In this document: in pieces, positions 1 through 9,535 of the stretch | Layout of the letters: every line of letters begins with the position of its first letter | Numbering within the stretch: the first letter of the stretch is position 1 | IMG/VR virus record: IMGVR_UViG_3300042465_009257 | Span: 32,001-96,000 of that record | Source of the DNA: a virus | Strand: one strand, 5' to 3' | DNA length: 64,000 nucleotides | Position numbers and translations under genes: made by a program | Notes under the pieces: generated by a model | Seen by the model: only the letters and a program-made list of their open reading frames with translations | What the model was told of the DNA's origin: nothing | Database searches by the model: none

Positions 1-125
1 AGTACTCTTCCCAACCGATTGCGAAGCGATTTAAAGCTTCGTGATCTGGGGCGAAACAAGCGCCGTCAAACCAACCGTCTTCAACCGCAAATATCGGGGC
101 AAGTTTCTCTCTAATTGTTGCCATT
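1..125 (-). CDS. hypothetical protein, runs off the left edge (MATIREKLAPIFAVEDGW...)
   Basis: ATG at 125 right after the stop of 126..335; frame open to the window edge. Confidence 0.55.
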
Positions 126-335
126 TCAACCTTTTTTTAGAACTAAAACGACTCGGACCATATTAATTTCCGGCCCAGCTTCAATTTTTCGCACTTCTTC
201 AATCGCCGCTTCGGGGAATCCAAAGCCGTTGTCAAAGCCGAAATTAGTACCGTCAGTGCGTAAAATGCCAGTTATGGTCTGATCGTTTGGAAGCATGACC
301 GTGCAAAGTTGGTTGATAAAATCTGATACTGACAT
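126..335 (-). CDS. hypothetical protein
   Basis: ORF track; tight operon packing. Confidence 0.6.
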   Translation of the reverse strand: MSVSDFINQLCTVMLPNDQTITGILRTDGTNFGFDNGFGFPEAAIEEVRKIEAGPEINMVRVVLVLKKG

Positions 336-338
336 TTT

Positions 339-1253
339 TTAATCTGCTTCTGGGTAATGATAAAATCCATCTACGATATTTCCATCAATAGTCAAATACA
401 TTCTGCGATTTCCGCAAAAACAACGATGCTCACCAACTGACCAACTATTACAATAATCGCAGCACTCAATATCAATCACCTCACCATCCATAGCCTTACG
501 ATAATCCTCTATCTCCTTTTCCGTCACCATGGCAATTAGCTCAGCATTAGTTTCTGCCTTGATATCCCATTTTGTCGCTAGTTCCATTGCTTTTGCCACT
601 AGTCGGATTTGCTTATCAGCTTTTGCCGTTTCGGCTTTGGTAATTTTTATTTTTTCTAGGTATTTAGCTTGGGCGGATTCAATATCCCGTTTAAAGTCTG
701 CGAGTTTTACTTTCATCGCCCCGTAACCATCATTCAACTGACAATTCCGTTTAATATCTTCCAAAAATCCAGCGTCATGATCAGTTCTTTTCTTTTCACG
801 GGACCTGGAGGTCGGATAATCGTAAGTAGGGTAACTTGCCGGGATTCCCACGCCTTCCATAAAATTCCTAATATTTTGCTGGACGGCAGTATTATGTTCA
901 ATCACTGGAAGATTTTCCAAGTGCCATGCTTCAACTTCCTTCAAGGCGCTATCATGCCATTCCATTGCCGCCTTATAACACTTTTCAATATGTTCAACTT
1001 TTGATTCGTCAAAGGAAGAATAACTACCCCCACCGAAATAATCTTTAAAAAACTTTGACATTAAGATTCGTGGATTAGGATATCCACCGAAACCGATCAT
1101 ATTAAGAGGTTTAATCGCCAATGTTTCAAAACGCATTTTTTGAACTTTAGCTAAGGCTTTATCGATTTCCTCTTTTGCTGCTTCAAGAATGTATTCGGCA
1201 GTGCCGTATTTATAATCTTTTTTCGTCATATTAAATTCCACAATTAGAGTCAT
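339..1253 (-). CDS. hypothetical coiled-coil protein with C-terminal Cys cluster (CCDYC...RCFCG)
   Basis: 304-aa ORF; true start may be the second Met (MTKKDY). Confidence 0.7.
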   Translation of the reverse strand: MTLIVEFNMTKKDYKYGTAEYILEAAKEEIDKALAKVQKMRFETLAIKPLNMIGFGGYPNPRILMSKFFKDYFGGGSYSSFDESKVEHIEKCYKAAMEWHDSALKEVEAWHLENLPVIEHNTAVQQNIRNFMEGVGIPASYPTYDYPTSRSREKKRTDHDAGFLEDIKRNCQLNDGYGAMKVKLADFKRDIESAQAKYLEKIKITKAETAKADKQIRLVAKAMELATKWDIKAETNAELIAMVTEKEIEDYRKAMDGEVIDIECCDYCNSWSVGEHRCFCGNRRMYLTIDGNIVDGFYHYPEAD

Positions 1254-1926
1254 GATGATCTGGAGAGTCCATATCCCTGTCTTTCAAATGCTCCTTAACT
1301 TCTGCTAAAGAAACTGGTTTCGCCCAGCCGTCCCATCCTACATCAAGTCTTTTTCCACGGCCTAAATCTTTATTTGTCAACTTACATCCATTATGACTAT
1401 GTCCTGAAAGGTGTAAACTGTTCTTGCCCAGCCTATTGTGACTAATAATAGGATAATGACCAGCGGCAATAAAAGTCCCGTTAATCTGAATATCTGCGTA
1501 TTGAGGTAAAAAGATAATCTTCTTTCCTTCGATCAATTCCATTTGCAAGGGGTAAACTTCCAAACCTGCCGCCGCAACATCAGGATACAGATTCTCCAAA
1601 CGGCGTTTATAGATAACAGACTGACCACTTGTGTGATTTCCCCAGTAGCAATACAGTTCTTTAAAGTTTAAAGAATAAACTAAATCTATGAACTTTTCTC
1701 CATAAGGGTCTTCAAAGACCATATCTCCTAAATGGAAACAGATAGATTGCGCAGAGCAATGTTCGTTCCAAGATTCAACAACTCCCTCTTTATGAGATTC
1801 GATGGAATCATAGCCACGCATTTTCCACAAAGGGTTTTCCCAAGAAGAACAGGACTGGCCGATATGCAAATCAGAAGAAAAGAAGAAATCTTTATCACTT
1901 CCTTTGAATTTGAGTGTTTTAAGCAT
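1231..1926 (-). CDS. calcineurin-like metallophosphoesterase
   Basis: SDLH, HLGD, GNH, HYP, GHSH motifs. Confidence 0.85.
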   Translation of the reverse strand: MLKTLKFKGSDKDFFFSSDLHIGQSCSSWENPLWKMRGYDSIESHKEGVVESWNEHCSAQSICFHLGDMVFEDPYGEKFIDLVYSLNFKELYCYWGNHTSGQSVIYKRRLENLYPDVAAAGLEVYPLQMELIEGKKIIFLPQYADIQINGTFIAAGHYPIISHNRLGKNSLHLSGHSHNGCKLTNKDLGRGKRLDVGWDGWAKPVSLAEVKEHLKDRDMDSPDHHDSNCGI

Positions 1927-1932
1927 ATTTAT

Positions 1933-2334
1933 TTAAAATTTAAAACTATGCTCCAAATTTTGCTTCTGGCGGGCGATAATTTCTGGCGGGACATTATGAA
2001 CATCCTTATGGCCCATGTCCTCTAGGGCTATCGAGAACGCCATAAAACCACATTCCTTAGCTCGATTCAAATATTTTTTCCGCTCGGCGGCAGTAGTCGA
2101 AGTATTAGCTACCAAACAATCAGATCCATCTGCCAAAGCTTTCTCAAATTTGTCCCAGCAAAATTTATGAGCTTGGCTCAGTTTGGCGGCATCAAACTTA
2201 TATTCTCCATCGATCATAAAGAAATCGTCAGCACAACAAATTCTTACTTTCGGGTCGAGACCTTGAATGAAAGCCGCCAAACTGGATTTCCCCGTGCCAC
2301 TTTTTCCAGAAATAATGATTACTGTCTTTTGCAT
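1933..2334 (-). CDS. P-loop polynucleotide-kinase-like protein (AAA_33 / N4BP2-like)
   Basis: GKSGTGKS Walker A, ADDFF..GEYKFD, AH, NT, HNVP motifs. Confidence 0.8.
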   Translation of the reverse strand: MQKTVIIISGKSGTGKSSLAAFIQGLDPKVRICCADDFFMIDGEYKFDAAKLSQAHKFCWDKFEKALADGSDCLVANTSTTAAERKKYLNRAKECGFMAFSIALEDMGHKDVHNVPPEIIARQKQNLEHSFKF

Positions 2335-2363
2335 GGGGTAAACTACTCTATTTTAAGAGAAAG

Positions 2364-2837
2364 TCAAGAGAAATCTTCCTCTTTCGCAATTTTAGTCGAA
2401 ATAAATGTCTTATCCTGTTCTGGAGTAATTGCAATAATTCGGCAAAACTCTTTAGTAAGACCCTTATACCCGCGTTCTTTTTGGTGTTTTGCTTTTACGG
2501 TCAAAGCGTCAGAGAAAGTTTGAATATTTGCCTTTTTCTTGTTTTTCTTCTGAATATTTTGATCTACTGTCGCTGCCCGAATTGCATCCAAGAGAAGGGC
2601 TGGATCAGAACCTTCTGGCATAGTGAAAACAGCGCCTTGAAGAAGATCTGGATTAACATTCTCTCCTTTAATCACAATGAAATGTTCATTTTTGCGCTTT
2701 GGAACCTTAGATGCTAAACGATCTTCCTCTTTTTCCTTTGCCAGCATATTAATCTTCTCCATGAAGAGTGTTCGCTGTTCTCCTGCAAGGCCAGCTAGAT
2801 TTGCTGCTGAGACGATGTCATCAATATCAATTTTCAA
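2364..2837 (-). CDS. hypothetical protein
   Basis: ORF track. Confidence 0.65.
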   Translation of the reverse strand: MKIDIDDIVSAANLAGLAGEQRTLFMEKINMLAKEKEEDRLASKVPKRKNEHFIVIKGENVNPDLLQGAVFTMPEGSDPALLLDAIRAATVDQNIQKKNKKKANIQTFSDALTVKAKHQKERGYKGLTKEFCRIIAITPEQDKTFISTKIAKEEDFS

Positions 2838-2913
2838 TTTATTTATTTCTACTTTGTTTTTAAGTCGTCCGAATTTGAACGAAAATTTCTTTATTTATTT
2901 TTGAGATTAAATC

Positions 2914-3333
2914 TCAAAGCACTTGCTTTTTCATTTCCTCTTCAGCACAGGCAATCATAGCCTGGCCTACCTTCAAAGCTTCTTGAGGATCAAGAGTGAT
3001 AATCTGATCCGGACTATCCGAACCAAAAACCGTTGCTGCAACCTCAACACATCCTAAATCATCAATTTGAATTGTCCAATAATATTCTAGCTCTGCCGAA
3101 CCGACAACACGAATATTTAAGACTTCTAGAAATTTAGTGCGGAATTTTACTGTATTATTAATCATATTTTTTAAAAAGTATTCTTTAGACAATCCAATCA
3201 GGTTTATTTCTCTTCCATGCATGAATGTGTTTCTTATCCAATAAAATATATTTTCGATATTTATCGGTTGTCGATAATGATTCAAATTCCGGCAGTGTTC
3301 GGCATATCTTGTCATTGGCAATAGCAATTGCAA
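2914..3333 (-). CDS. hypothetical protein (true start probably the downstream MINNTVKF)
   Basis: the annotated 5' part overlaps the glycosylase gene. Confidence 0.5.
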   Translation of the reverse strand: MQLLLPMTRYAEHCRNLNHYRQPINIENIFYWIRNTFMHGREINLIGLSKEYFLKNMINNTVKFRTKFLEVLNIRVVGSAELEYYWTIQIDDLGCVEVAATVFGSDSPDQIITLDPQEALKVGQAMIACAEEEMKKQVL

Positions 3334-3673
3334 ATGGAGTTAAGCTGTCAAAATCAAATTTTAATAAATTGATATTATTTTTACACCATTCCAATACTGC
3401 TTGTGATTTGTGAATCTTATTATACCTTGCAGTATACTCATCAAAGATGGCATAAGTATGCTGAATTAGCCATTGAAAATTATCACGGCTTGCCCGCGTC
3501 CATTTCGTACTTGGATGGTTTAAATGGCATGATCGATATGGCGATTGAATTCCTTGAATATTATATGCTGTGCAAAGCATCTGAGTAGATTCAAGACCCT
3601 GTTTTACTACATGTCGATCCACTAAACATCTGGCAGATTGATCTGGACACGCTGTTGTTGTAAAGATATTCAT
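3185..3673 (-). CDS. pyrimidine-dimer DNA glycosylase / endonuclease V-like protein
   Basis: MNIF...D.HVVK...E..QML, H.NHP..W..S..NF.WL, EYT.RY.K.H pattern. Confidence 0.75.
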   Translation of the reverse strand: MNIFTTTACPDQSARCLVDRHVVKQGLESTQMLCTAYNIQGIQSPYRSCHLNHPSTKWTRASRDNFQWLIQHTYAIFDEYTARYNKIHKSQAVLEWCKNNINLLKFDFDSLTPFAIAIANDKICRTLPEFESLSTTDKYRKYILLDKKHIHAWKRNKPDWIV

Positions 3674-3722
3674 AGTATAGTATTAGCACTATACTTGGCA
3701 TTGTCAAGCTTTTTTTTGATTT

Positions 3723-5042
3723 TTAGGCGCATTCTTCCAATTCTGCCGTATCGTCCGATTCAATGTCAACCTCACCTTTATCCAAAAGCTCTGTCTCTTT
3801 AACAAGAAAGCGAAATGCCTTGAGCTTGAACGCCTTAAGCGCCTTCGTCTCATTCCTCAAGCAAATACCTTCAGCAGGAACTCCAGTATTGCATTCCTTG
3901 CAAATTTGCTCCAAATTGAAAGAAGTCTTTAAATTTTTAAGAAACTCCTCATGCCAATGAGCCTCAAGATGGAGATTAGGAAATAAATCCTTGGCCAAAC
4001 CTTGGTAAAAAATAGGAACATGCTGCAACTTATTATCCCGACAAAACTGAATAACCTCCCGCATTGAATATTCTGTCACCTCATTTGTTGGAGACGTATG
4101 AGTTACCCGATAAACTACCACCTTGAATTCTCCTAGCTTACATCCATAAGTCCATTTGCCTTGGATTTTGCTTCCAGACGGCGTATAGCCTACGATTTCT
4201 GCGTAGATTTGAATGCCATCTGTCAGAGCATGTTCAATCGTTTTAAATCCATCGCGCCATACGTCCTCCTTGTAATAATGATCGCTTTGCGGGAGGAGAG
4301 ATTTAATCACCGTGCGGCTGGCATATACGTTTTCGTATTGGGCTAATGGAACATTTAATCCGCAGAAATTCTTAATTTTTTCCCACAAAGATAAATTCCG
4401 CTTCAATAAAACACGGCCACAATTCAGGCTCGTTCCATGAAATTTATCAGAGATTACAATATAATCATCAGGATCAATCAAATGAATATTATCGGCCAGC
4501 TTAGAGGTATCATAATGCAAATGATATTGCCCTTCAATGAGGCGGCTGGGAAGTTTCCTCACTTTTTTACCTGCAACTCCATTGACCTGCTTTTCGCGAA
4601 TAAGATATTTCCGGCATAATTCCTCGCCATCAATGGTATCAAAAGCCTGATTATCAGCTATATTATCCCATTCGGCAATTTTAATTCCGCGCCAAACTTC
4701 GAAATACTCTAAGGGGCAAAACAAGCCCTCGCTTGGGACTTTCATGAATTTAATACATCGAACCCGGCGCTTGTCTCCAAAATATCCCTTTTTAGTCTGA
4801 TCCGCATTCAACATTTGATCAGAATAGAGATTGTTTTTGGCCGCGAAACTACCAGACAGTTGACTTTCCACTGGGAAAAATACACCCCTATCGCCAACTT
4901 TAGACTCTTTTGAAACAATAACAAGATTTCCATTGATAACCGCGTGCTGAATACTATTCGCACCTGGAATTTCATGCAACGTTTTTAAAGTAACGTAATG
5001 AGCCGCGTAATTTTCGCTATTTTCAATAGTGAGTTTATTCAT
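3723..5042 (-). CDS. RNA ligase (Rnl2/DRB0094-like) with N-terminal OB domain
   Basis: motif I KFHGTS, EIVG, EGICLR, KLK nucleotidyltransferase motifs. Confidence 0.85.
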   Translation of the reverse strand: MNKLTIENSENYAAHYVTLKTLHEIPGANSIQHAVINGNLVIVSKESKVGDRGVFFPVESQLSGSFAAKNNLYSDQMLNADQTKKGYFGDKRRVRCIKFMKVPSEGLFCPLEYFEVWRGIKIAEWDNIADNQAFDTIDGEELCRKYLIREKQVNGVAGKKVRKLPSRLIEGQYHLHYDTSKLADNIHLIDPDDYIVISDKFHGTSLNCGRVLLKRNLSLWEKIKNFCGLNVPLAQYENVYASRTVIKSLLPQSDHYYKEDVWRDGFKTIEHALTDGIQIYAEIVGYTPSGSKIQGKWTYGCKLGEFKVVVYRVTHTSPTNEVTEYSMREVIQFCRDNKLQHVPIFYQGLAKDLFPNLHLEAHWHEEFLKNLKTSFNLEQICKECNTGVPAEGICLRNETKALKAFKLKAFRFLVKETELLDKGEVDIESDDTAELEECA

Positions 5043-5044
5043 TT

Positions 5045-5536
5045 TTAAATTAAAGTTTTAAATTTTCTTGCTCTAAATTCTGAAATCTTTGTTCCACCAC
5101 CTTCTGAAATTTTGTAAACCTCTAAAATATGTCCATCTGCCGTAACTCGCCTAATTTCAATATACTTCTTCACAATTTCCTTCTCTTCACGTTCTATACG
5201 GAAAAACGGTGGACCATTAAATCTTTTAAAATCAGAAAAAGTTTGCCCAACACGCAGTAAGTCATTTGCGCTTACAAGCATTCCTCTTTTCTTTGCCGCA
5301 TTACCAATTCTAGATAAAATACGTCCAGGAATGTCTGTTCGTTGGAGGAATTCTCGTAAAAAGTAATCAGTTGGGAATTGTTCTGTCCAAATACCGCGAT
5401 CTTCAAACCACTTTTTAATATCTTCTTTGTCAATTTGTCCTCGCTGTAAATTTTTGCGAAGATTCTTAAGACTGCGTCGGAAATTAGGATGATTTCTTCT
5501 CATAAGGAAATGTATATCAGATCTTTCGAATGTCAA
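5045..5536 (-). CDS. hypothetical basic protein
   Basis: ORF track. Confidence 0.6.
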   Translation of the reverse strand: MTFERSDIHFLMRRNHPNFRRSLKNLRKNLQRGQIDKEDIKKWFEDRGIWTEQFPTDYFLREFLQRTDIPGRILSRIGNAAKKRGMLVSANDLLRVGQTFSDFKRFNGPPFFRIEREEKEIVKKYIEIRRVTADGHILEVYKISEGGGTKISEFRARKFKTLI

Positions 5537-5545
5537 GAGATTATT

Positions 5546-5899
5546 CTAAATTCTCGCAGGGATAAAAACTCTTTCAAATTTCACATTATCCTCTTCGATA
5601 AATTCAAAAGGTTCATTCTTACCGGACAAAGCCCGAAGAATTCTTTCTTTATTAAAAAGTCGTAATTTATCCTCGCAGCAACAGTATTTAATCATTGCCG
5701 TTCCGATAATCTCTTGCCCAAGAGTTACTGGTGATGCGAACATAATACATCTTTCGTAATTGTCAATTTTATATTTTAAAAAATATCTTACAAAAGCTTG
5801 GAATACAATCGATTCATCAGCGGGGCCGATTATCTCTTCGTGACTCCAAAGAGCGCCGTCATATCCCAGTTTAAAGATTGTGTAAATTCTTGATTCCAT
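5546..5899 (-). CDS. hypothetical protein
   Basis: ORF track. Confidence 0.6.
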   Translation of the reverse strand: MESRIYTIFKLGYDGALWSHEEIIGPADESIVFQAFVRYFLKYKIDNYERCIMFASPVTLGQEIIGTAMIKYCCCEDKLRLFNKERILRALSGKNEPFEFIEEDNVKFERVFIPARI

Positions 5900-6288
5900 T
5901 ATTTTCCCCTTATGTCATCTTCAAACTGTTCAATTTGGCTTTGCAATTCTGCAATTTCCGTATCGCGCTCATCTAATTGAATTTGCAATTCTTCAATTTG
6001 ATCTTTCTGATCGTTTAGTTGAATTTCCAACTCTTCAATTCTATCATCCCGATCTAATAAGCCTTCAAGGCAGTCCTCAAGATTTTCGCATTTTTCATCA
6101 TACTTTTCATTCCAATATAAGTTTTTAGCTCCTACGCAGATTTGGATAAATCTCTCATCATTACTTAGTCTATAAGAGATCGATTCAATTGGTTCATCGC
6201 CATTCGCAAAATTAACATAAACTTGAGGGTCTAGGGTAAATTTATCACGCGCTAAATCAAGTTGCTCTTTAAATATTGAGTAGTTCAT
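5899..6288 (-). CDS. hypothetical protein with acidic coiled-coil C-terminus (14-aa IEELxIQL repeats)
   Basis: IEELEIQL / IEELQIQL / IAELQSQI periodicity. Confidence 0.65.
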   Translation of the reverse strand: MNYSIFKEQLDLARDKFTLDPQVYVNFANGDEPIESISYRLSNDERFIQICVGAKNLYWNEKYDEKCENLEDCLEGLLDRDDRIEELEIQLNDQKDQIEELQIQLDERDTEIAELQSQIEQFEDDIRGK

Positions 6289-6306
6289 TTTTTTATTTAT
6301 CTTATA

Positions 6307-7038
6307 TTATTCAATAACTTTTGATCCATCTTTAACTACATAATCTTTTCCAACATTTTTTAAAGTATTCCCTTTTACGTAAACTTTCGTTTTACCATCT
6401 ACATTAAGAAATGTTGGGACTCCCTCAATCATGCAATTCTCAACCCGCGCCTCCCCATGCCTCTTAGACGTACTCTCTCCAATTCTGATTGCTGTAATTC
6501 CACCTGTAATATAACAATCCCGAACAAGTAAACCAACTGCGCCATTGGCTTGCGCACTTTTATCCCCCTTTGAGTTATTGTAAAACTTACATTTAATAAT
6601 ACTTAAATTATCACTGACATCTTTTGCGTTCGAAACAAAGTCTTCAGAAGTTCCAGTAAAAATAAGATTTTCAAATGTGACATTAGACTCATAGGCTACC
6701 AGTCCTCCTGGCAAATCTTTCCCGAATCCGTTTTTAATTGTTAAATTTTTAACGCGAAGTTTAACGGGAGTATTATTTTCATCCTGTGAATTAGATGATT
6801 TTTTAAGCTTTGATCCATTTAGCTCCCCTCCTTGCAAATCAACTGTAGTGCCAGTAATTTTTACTTTATTACCAAATGCTTTAGAAATCTCATCCATGCT
6901 TCGAAAATCTGGATTTCCTGTTAATTTAATAATATGAGATGGATTTGTTTTGGGCGGCTTTGTCCCGGCTCCAGGTCCTGAACTCGCACAAGACGACAAA
7001 ACTGACGCCACAACAAATAATAGTAGTTTTTTAATCAT
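6307..7038 (-). CDS. lipoprotein with parallel beta-helix, pectate lyase PL3-like
   Basis: lipobox LSSC; SEDFVS and GDKSAQAN resemble PL3 EDA/DKxxQxN motifs; beta-helix repeats. Confidence 0.6.
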   Translation of the reverse strand: MIKKLLLFVVASVLSSCASSGPGAGTKPPKTNPSHIIKLTGNPDFRSMDEISKAFGNKVKITGTTVDLQGGELNGSKLKKSSNSQDENNTPVKLRVKNLTIKNGFGKDLPGGLVAYESNVTFENLIFTGTSEDFVSNAKDVSDNLSIIKCKFYNNSKGDKSAQANGAVGLLVRDCYITGGITAIRIGESTSKRHGEARVENCMIEGVPTFLNVDGKTKVYVKGNTLKNVGKDYVVKDGSKVIE

Positions 7039-7423
7039 ATTCTTTAAATCCTTCTTCTGTCGAAAAGCTCAAGTCCCTAATTCCAAGGAAGTTGAAACAT
7101 AGGTGCTGACAAAATTTACATGGCCGCGAGTTCAAAAGTTCTCCATTTTTTCCTAAACGGATATTCACCATAGTCAACTTTTTCCAATTCAGGTCAGAAA
7201 TTTTATTTTTAACCTTAATAAAGCAATTAAGTTCACTACACGCTCCAGCTTCTAAAAACTTTCCGTTATAGCGATTTCTAGCATGAGTTTTAACTGAATT
7301 TTGAGCAAAACAAATCAGCTTAGAACCTTTATATAGAAAAGAGAAATGGCGACATCTTGCCCCAAAATTAGCAGGAAACGCCGCTCTGGCTATCTCTATG
7401 GCTCGTTTTTGATTTTTGGTCAC
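7031..7423 (-). CDS. cytidine/deoxycytidylate deaminase-like zinc protein
   Basis: CSE (CxE) and SRPCKFC (PCxxC) motifs. Confidence 0.7.
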   Translation of the reverse strand: MTKNQKRAIEIARAAFPANFGARCRHFSFLYKGSKLICFAQNSVKTHARNRYNGKFLEAGACSELNCFIKVKNKISDLNWKKLTMVNIRLGKNGELLNSRPCKFCQHLCFNFLGIRDLSFSTEEGFKEYD

Positions 7424-7428
7424 GCTTA

Positions 7429-7456
7429 ATTATAACGCGATTTTTCCAAAAGTCAA
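7429..7456 (-). promoter_or_regulatory. sigma70-type promoter TTGACT-N16-TATAAT, 5 nt before GTG (leaderless)
   Basis: direct sequence match. Confidence 0.7.
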
Positions 7457-7669
7457 GAGTTATTCTGAATTTTCCGTCAAATATTGGTCTTTTCGATAAC
7501 AACTGGAGTATATAACTTCTCGCCGTCTTTCAAATATTTTTCTCAATAGCTTCTTGATCACACTCTCTTATACAGCTTTGAACCTCTTTTAGGAAGCTCT
7601 GTTGAGTGAATATTTCGTCAGTTTGACTGTAGATTGATTTCTTAATTTGTCAAGGAAAAATATTGAAAA

Positions 7670-7701
7670 TAAAATTTCATAATTTAAGCAATTTACTGTA
7701 A
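7670..7701 (+). promoter_or_regulatory. class II promoter-like motif TAAAATTTC-N18-TGTAA (cassette 1)
   Basis: same motif and spacing found at 8 sites. Confidence 0.7.
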
Positions 7702-7711
7702 TAATACTTAT

Positions 7712-7858
7712 ATGAAATTAAAAACCGAACGCTATAACTTTGCTTTTTCAAAAGAAACAAGCGACAAAATTAAAGAAATTGCAGCGAATAAAACTTGGAA
7801 GTTTGCTACCGTGATTGAAAAGGCTATTGAACTATTTTACAGTAAAGAGTTTAAATAA
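7712..7858 (+). CDS. ribbon-helix-helix DNA-binding protein, 48 aa (MKLKTERYNFAFSKETSDKIKEIAANKTWKFATVIEKAIELFYSKEFK)
   Basis: manually translated; alternating YxFxF strand plus two helices; paralog of three other cassette proteins. Confidence 0.75.
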   Translation: MKLKTERYNFAFSKETSDKIKEIAANKTWKFATVIEKAIELFYSKEFK

Positions 7859-7914
7859 AAACTTTTGCTCTGACTTTATAGAATGATTTAAAATTTTGAA
7901 TATATTGATAATAA

Positions 7915-8844
7915 ATGAACAACTGGCCAAATTTAACGGATTCGGATAAGAAGGAAATGATTAGACTTAAAATTGAAACCTCAATTTCTATAGATACTTT
8001 AGCCAAAACTTATAAAGTTGACGAGATGGTTCTTTCTAAATTTTTGAAAAACAACGGAGTTAAAATAAAAAGCGGAAGATTTAGCCTAGAGGAATTTGTA
8101 AATAAAGCGAGGTCTGTCCACGAGAATTTTTACGATTATTCTCGGGTAGAATATACAAAATCGAATGAAAAAATTGAAATTATTTGCCCTGAACATGGAA
8201 TTTTTAATCAACAAGCTAATAGTCATTTGCAGGGGCATGGCTGTCCTCAATGTTATCACGAGAGAGCGGGTGTTCAATTTAAACTAAATCAACAAGATTT
8301 CTTAGATAAATCAACGAAAGCTCACGGGGATAGATACGATTATTCTTTGTCGTATTATAAAACAACCTTAGAAAAGGTAACTATTATTTGCCCGTTACAC
8401 GGAACGTTTTTACAGACCCCTAAAGATCATTTCCAAGGAAAGGGGTGTGCTATTTGTGCCAACCGATATAAATCCAACGGAGAACGTAAAATTTGTACAT
8501 TATTGGAGGAAAATCAAGTAATTTTCGAATTTAATAGCAGCTTGGGTTGTCGAAATAAGGATACGGGCCGCTTACTAAGATTCGACTTTTATCTGCCCGA
8601 ATTAAATATTGCGATAGAGTACGATGGGATACAACACTTTTTGCCTGTTAAAAGATGGGGAGGAAAAGAGGGCTTAGAATCCGGCCAAAAAAGGGATAGA
8701 ATGAAAGAGGATCACTGTGAATTACTTAATATATATCTTTTAAGGATTTCGTATCAAGAGGATATTGAAAAGAGTCTAATTAATTCAGGAATTATTTCTG
8801 CTGTCCGTATTCCAAACATTCTATCCGATCTTCTAAAGTCTTAA
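7915..8844 (+). CDS. free-standing endonuclease: HTH + two DUF723-like Zn repeats + PD-(D/E)XK/Vsr-like domain
   Basis: CPxHG...QGxGCxxC twice; RFDFYLPELNIAIEYDGIQH. Confidence 0.8.
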   Translation: MNNWPNLTDSDKKEMIRLKIETSISIDTLAKTYKVDEMVLSKFLKNNGVKIKSGRFSLEEFVNKARSVHENFYDYSRVEYTKSNEKIEIICPEHGIFNQQANSHLQGHGCPQCYHERAGVQFKLNQQDFLDKSTKAHGDRYDYSLSYYKTTLEKVTIICPLHGTFLQTPKDHFQGKGCAICANRYKSNGERKICTLLEENQVIFEFNSSLGCRNKDTGRLLRFDFYLPELNIAIEYDGIQHFLPVKRWGGKEGLESGQKRDRMKEDHCELLNIYLLRISYQEDIEKSLINSGIISAVRIPNILSDLLKS

Positions 8845-8956
8845 TTTTAGCATTTAAATCATGAACTTCTATGCCTTTAACGCAAATAAAAATTGCTACA
8901 GTAGAAACAATCGAAATAATAGTAATGACATCCCAAAAATTATTTACACTTCTCAT
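8792..8956 (-). CDS. small membrane protein (MRSVNNFWDVITIISIVSTVAIFICVKG...)
   Basis: manually translated 54-aa ORF with a TM helix; overlaps the nuclease tail-to-tail. Confidence 0.55.
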   Translation of the reverse strand: MRSVNNFWDVITIISIVSTVAIFICVKGIEVHDLNAKIKTLEDRIECLEYGQQK

Positions 8957-8959
8957 ATT

Positions 8960-9184
8960 TTAATTAGTTAATTTTTCAATTTTGAAAGATCCTTGCACAG
9001 ATTTTACTGCGTTGTCAAACTTAAATTCTACCGAATCCCCTAAAACCTCATAGTCTTTGACGAAATAAGTTTTTTCTACCTGCCCGCGACTGTCATAATC
9101 AGTAATAAGATAGCCCGTTCTGCCCAAATCTGTTGTTGAGCAAGAAAAAAGAAAAAGAAATGGAATTAATTTTAAATACTGCAT
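8960..9184 (-). CDS. small lipoprotein
   Basis: lipobox LFSC. Confidence 0.6.
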   Translation of the reverse strand: MQYLKLIPFLFLFSCSTTDLGRTGYLITDYDSRGQVEKTYFVKDYEVLGDSVEFKFDNAVKSVQGSFKIEKLTN

Positions 9185-9235
9185 AATTATTTTAAATGTA
9201 TAAAGTTGAGTTGAGTTGTTTGAAATTACAAATTT

Positions 9236-9535
9236 TTATTTATTCCTTAGTTCGTCCCGTTTATCAATTATGCTGTTCCATTCTTCGACAGTGACAATTT
9301 TACCTCCTGTTATATCGCCTGATACCATATCATCAGCACATTCACATTTGCAAAAATCATCTTCTTGCTCAATTATGCCTTCTAGCGCCTTCTTGCTTTG
9401 AATCGTTCGATTACCCTCGCAGTAAGTACAACTGCCGTGATTGCGACAACTATGATCCCAGCGCTTACTTTTTCGATAAGGTTCCCGTTTCTCTTTGCCA
9501 TGTTTGATTGCTTTGTCTAAGCTCATTTTATTCAT
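9236..9535 (-). CDS. conserved-type phage hypothetical protein (SCRNHGSCTYC)
   Basis: ORF track; Cys/His cluster. Confidence 0.65.
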   Translation of the reverse strand: MNKMSLDKAIKHGKEKREPYRKSKRWDHSCRNHGSCTYCEGNRTIQSKKALEGIIEQEDDFCKCECADDMVSGDITGGKIVTVEEWNSIIDKRDELRNK

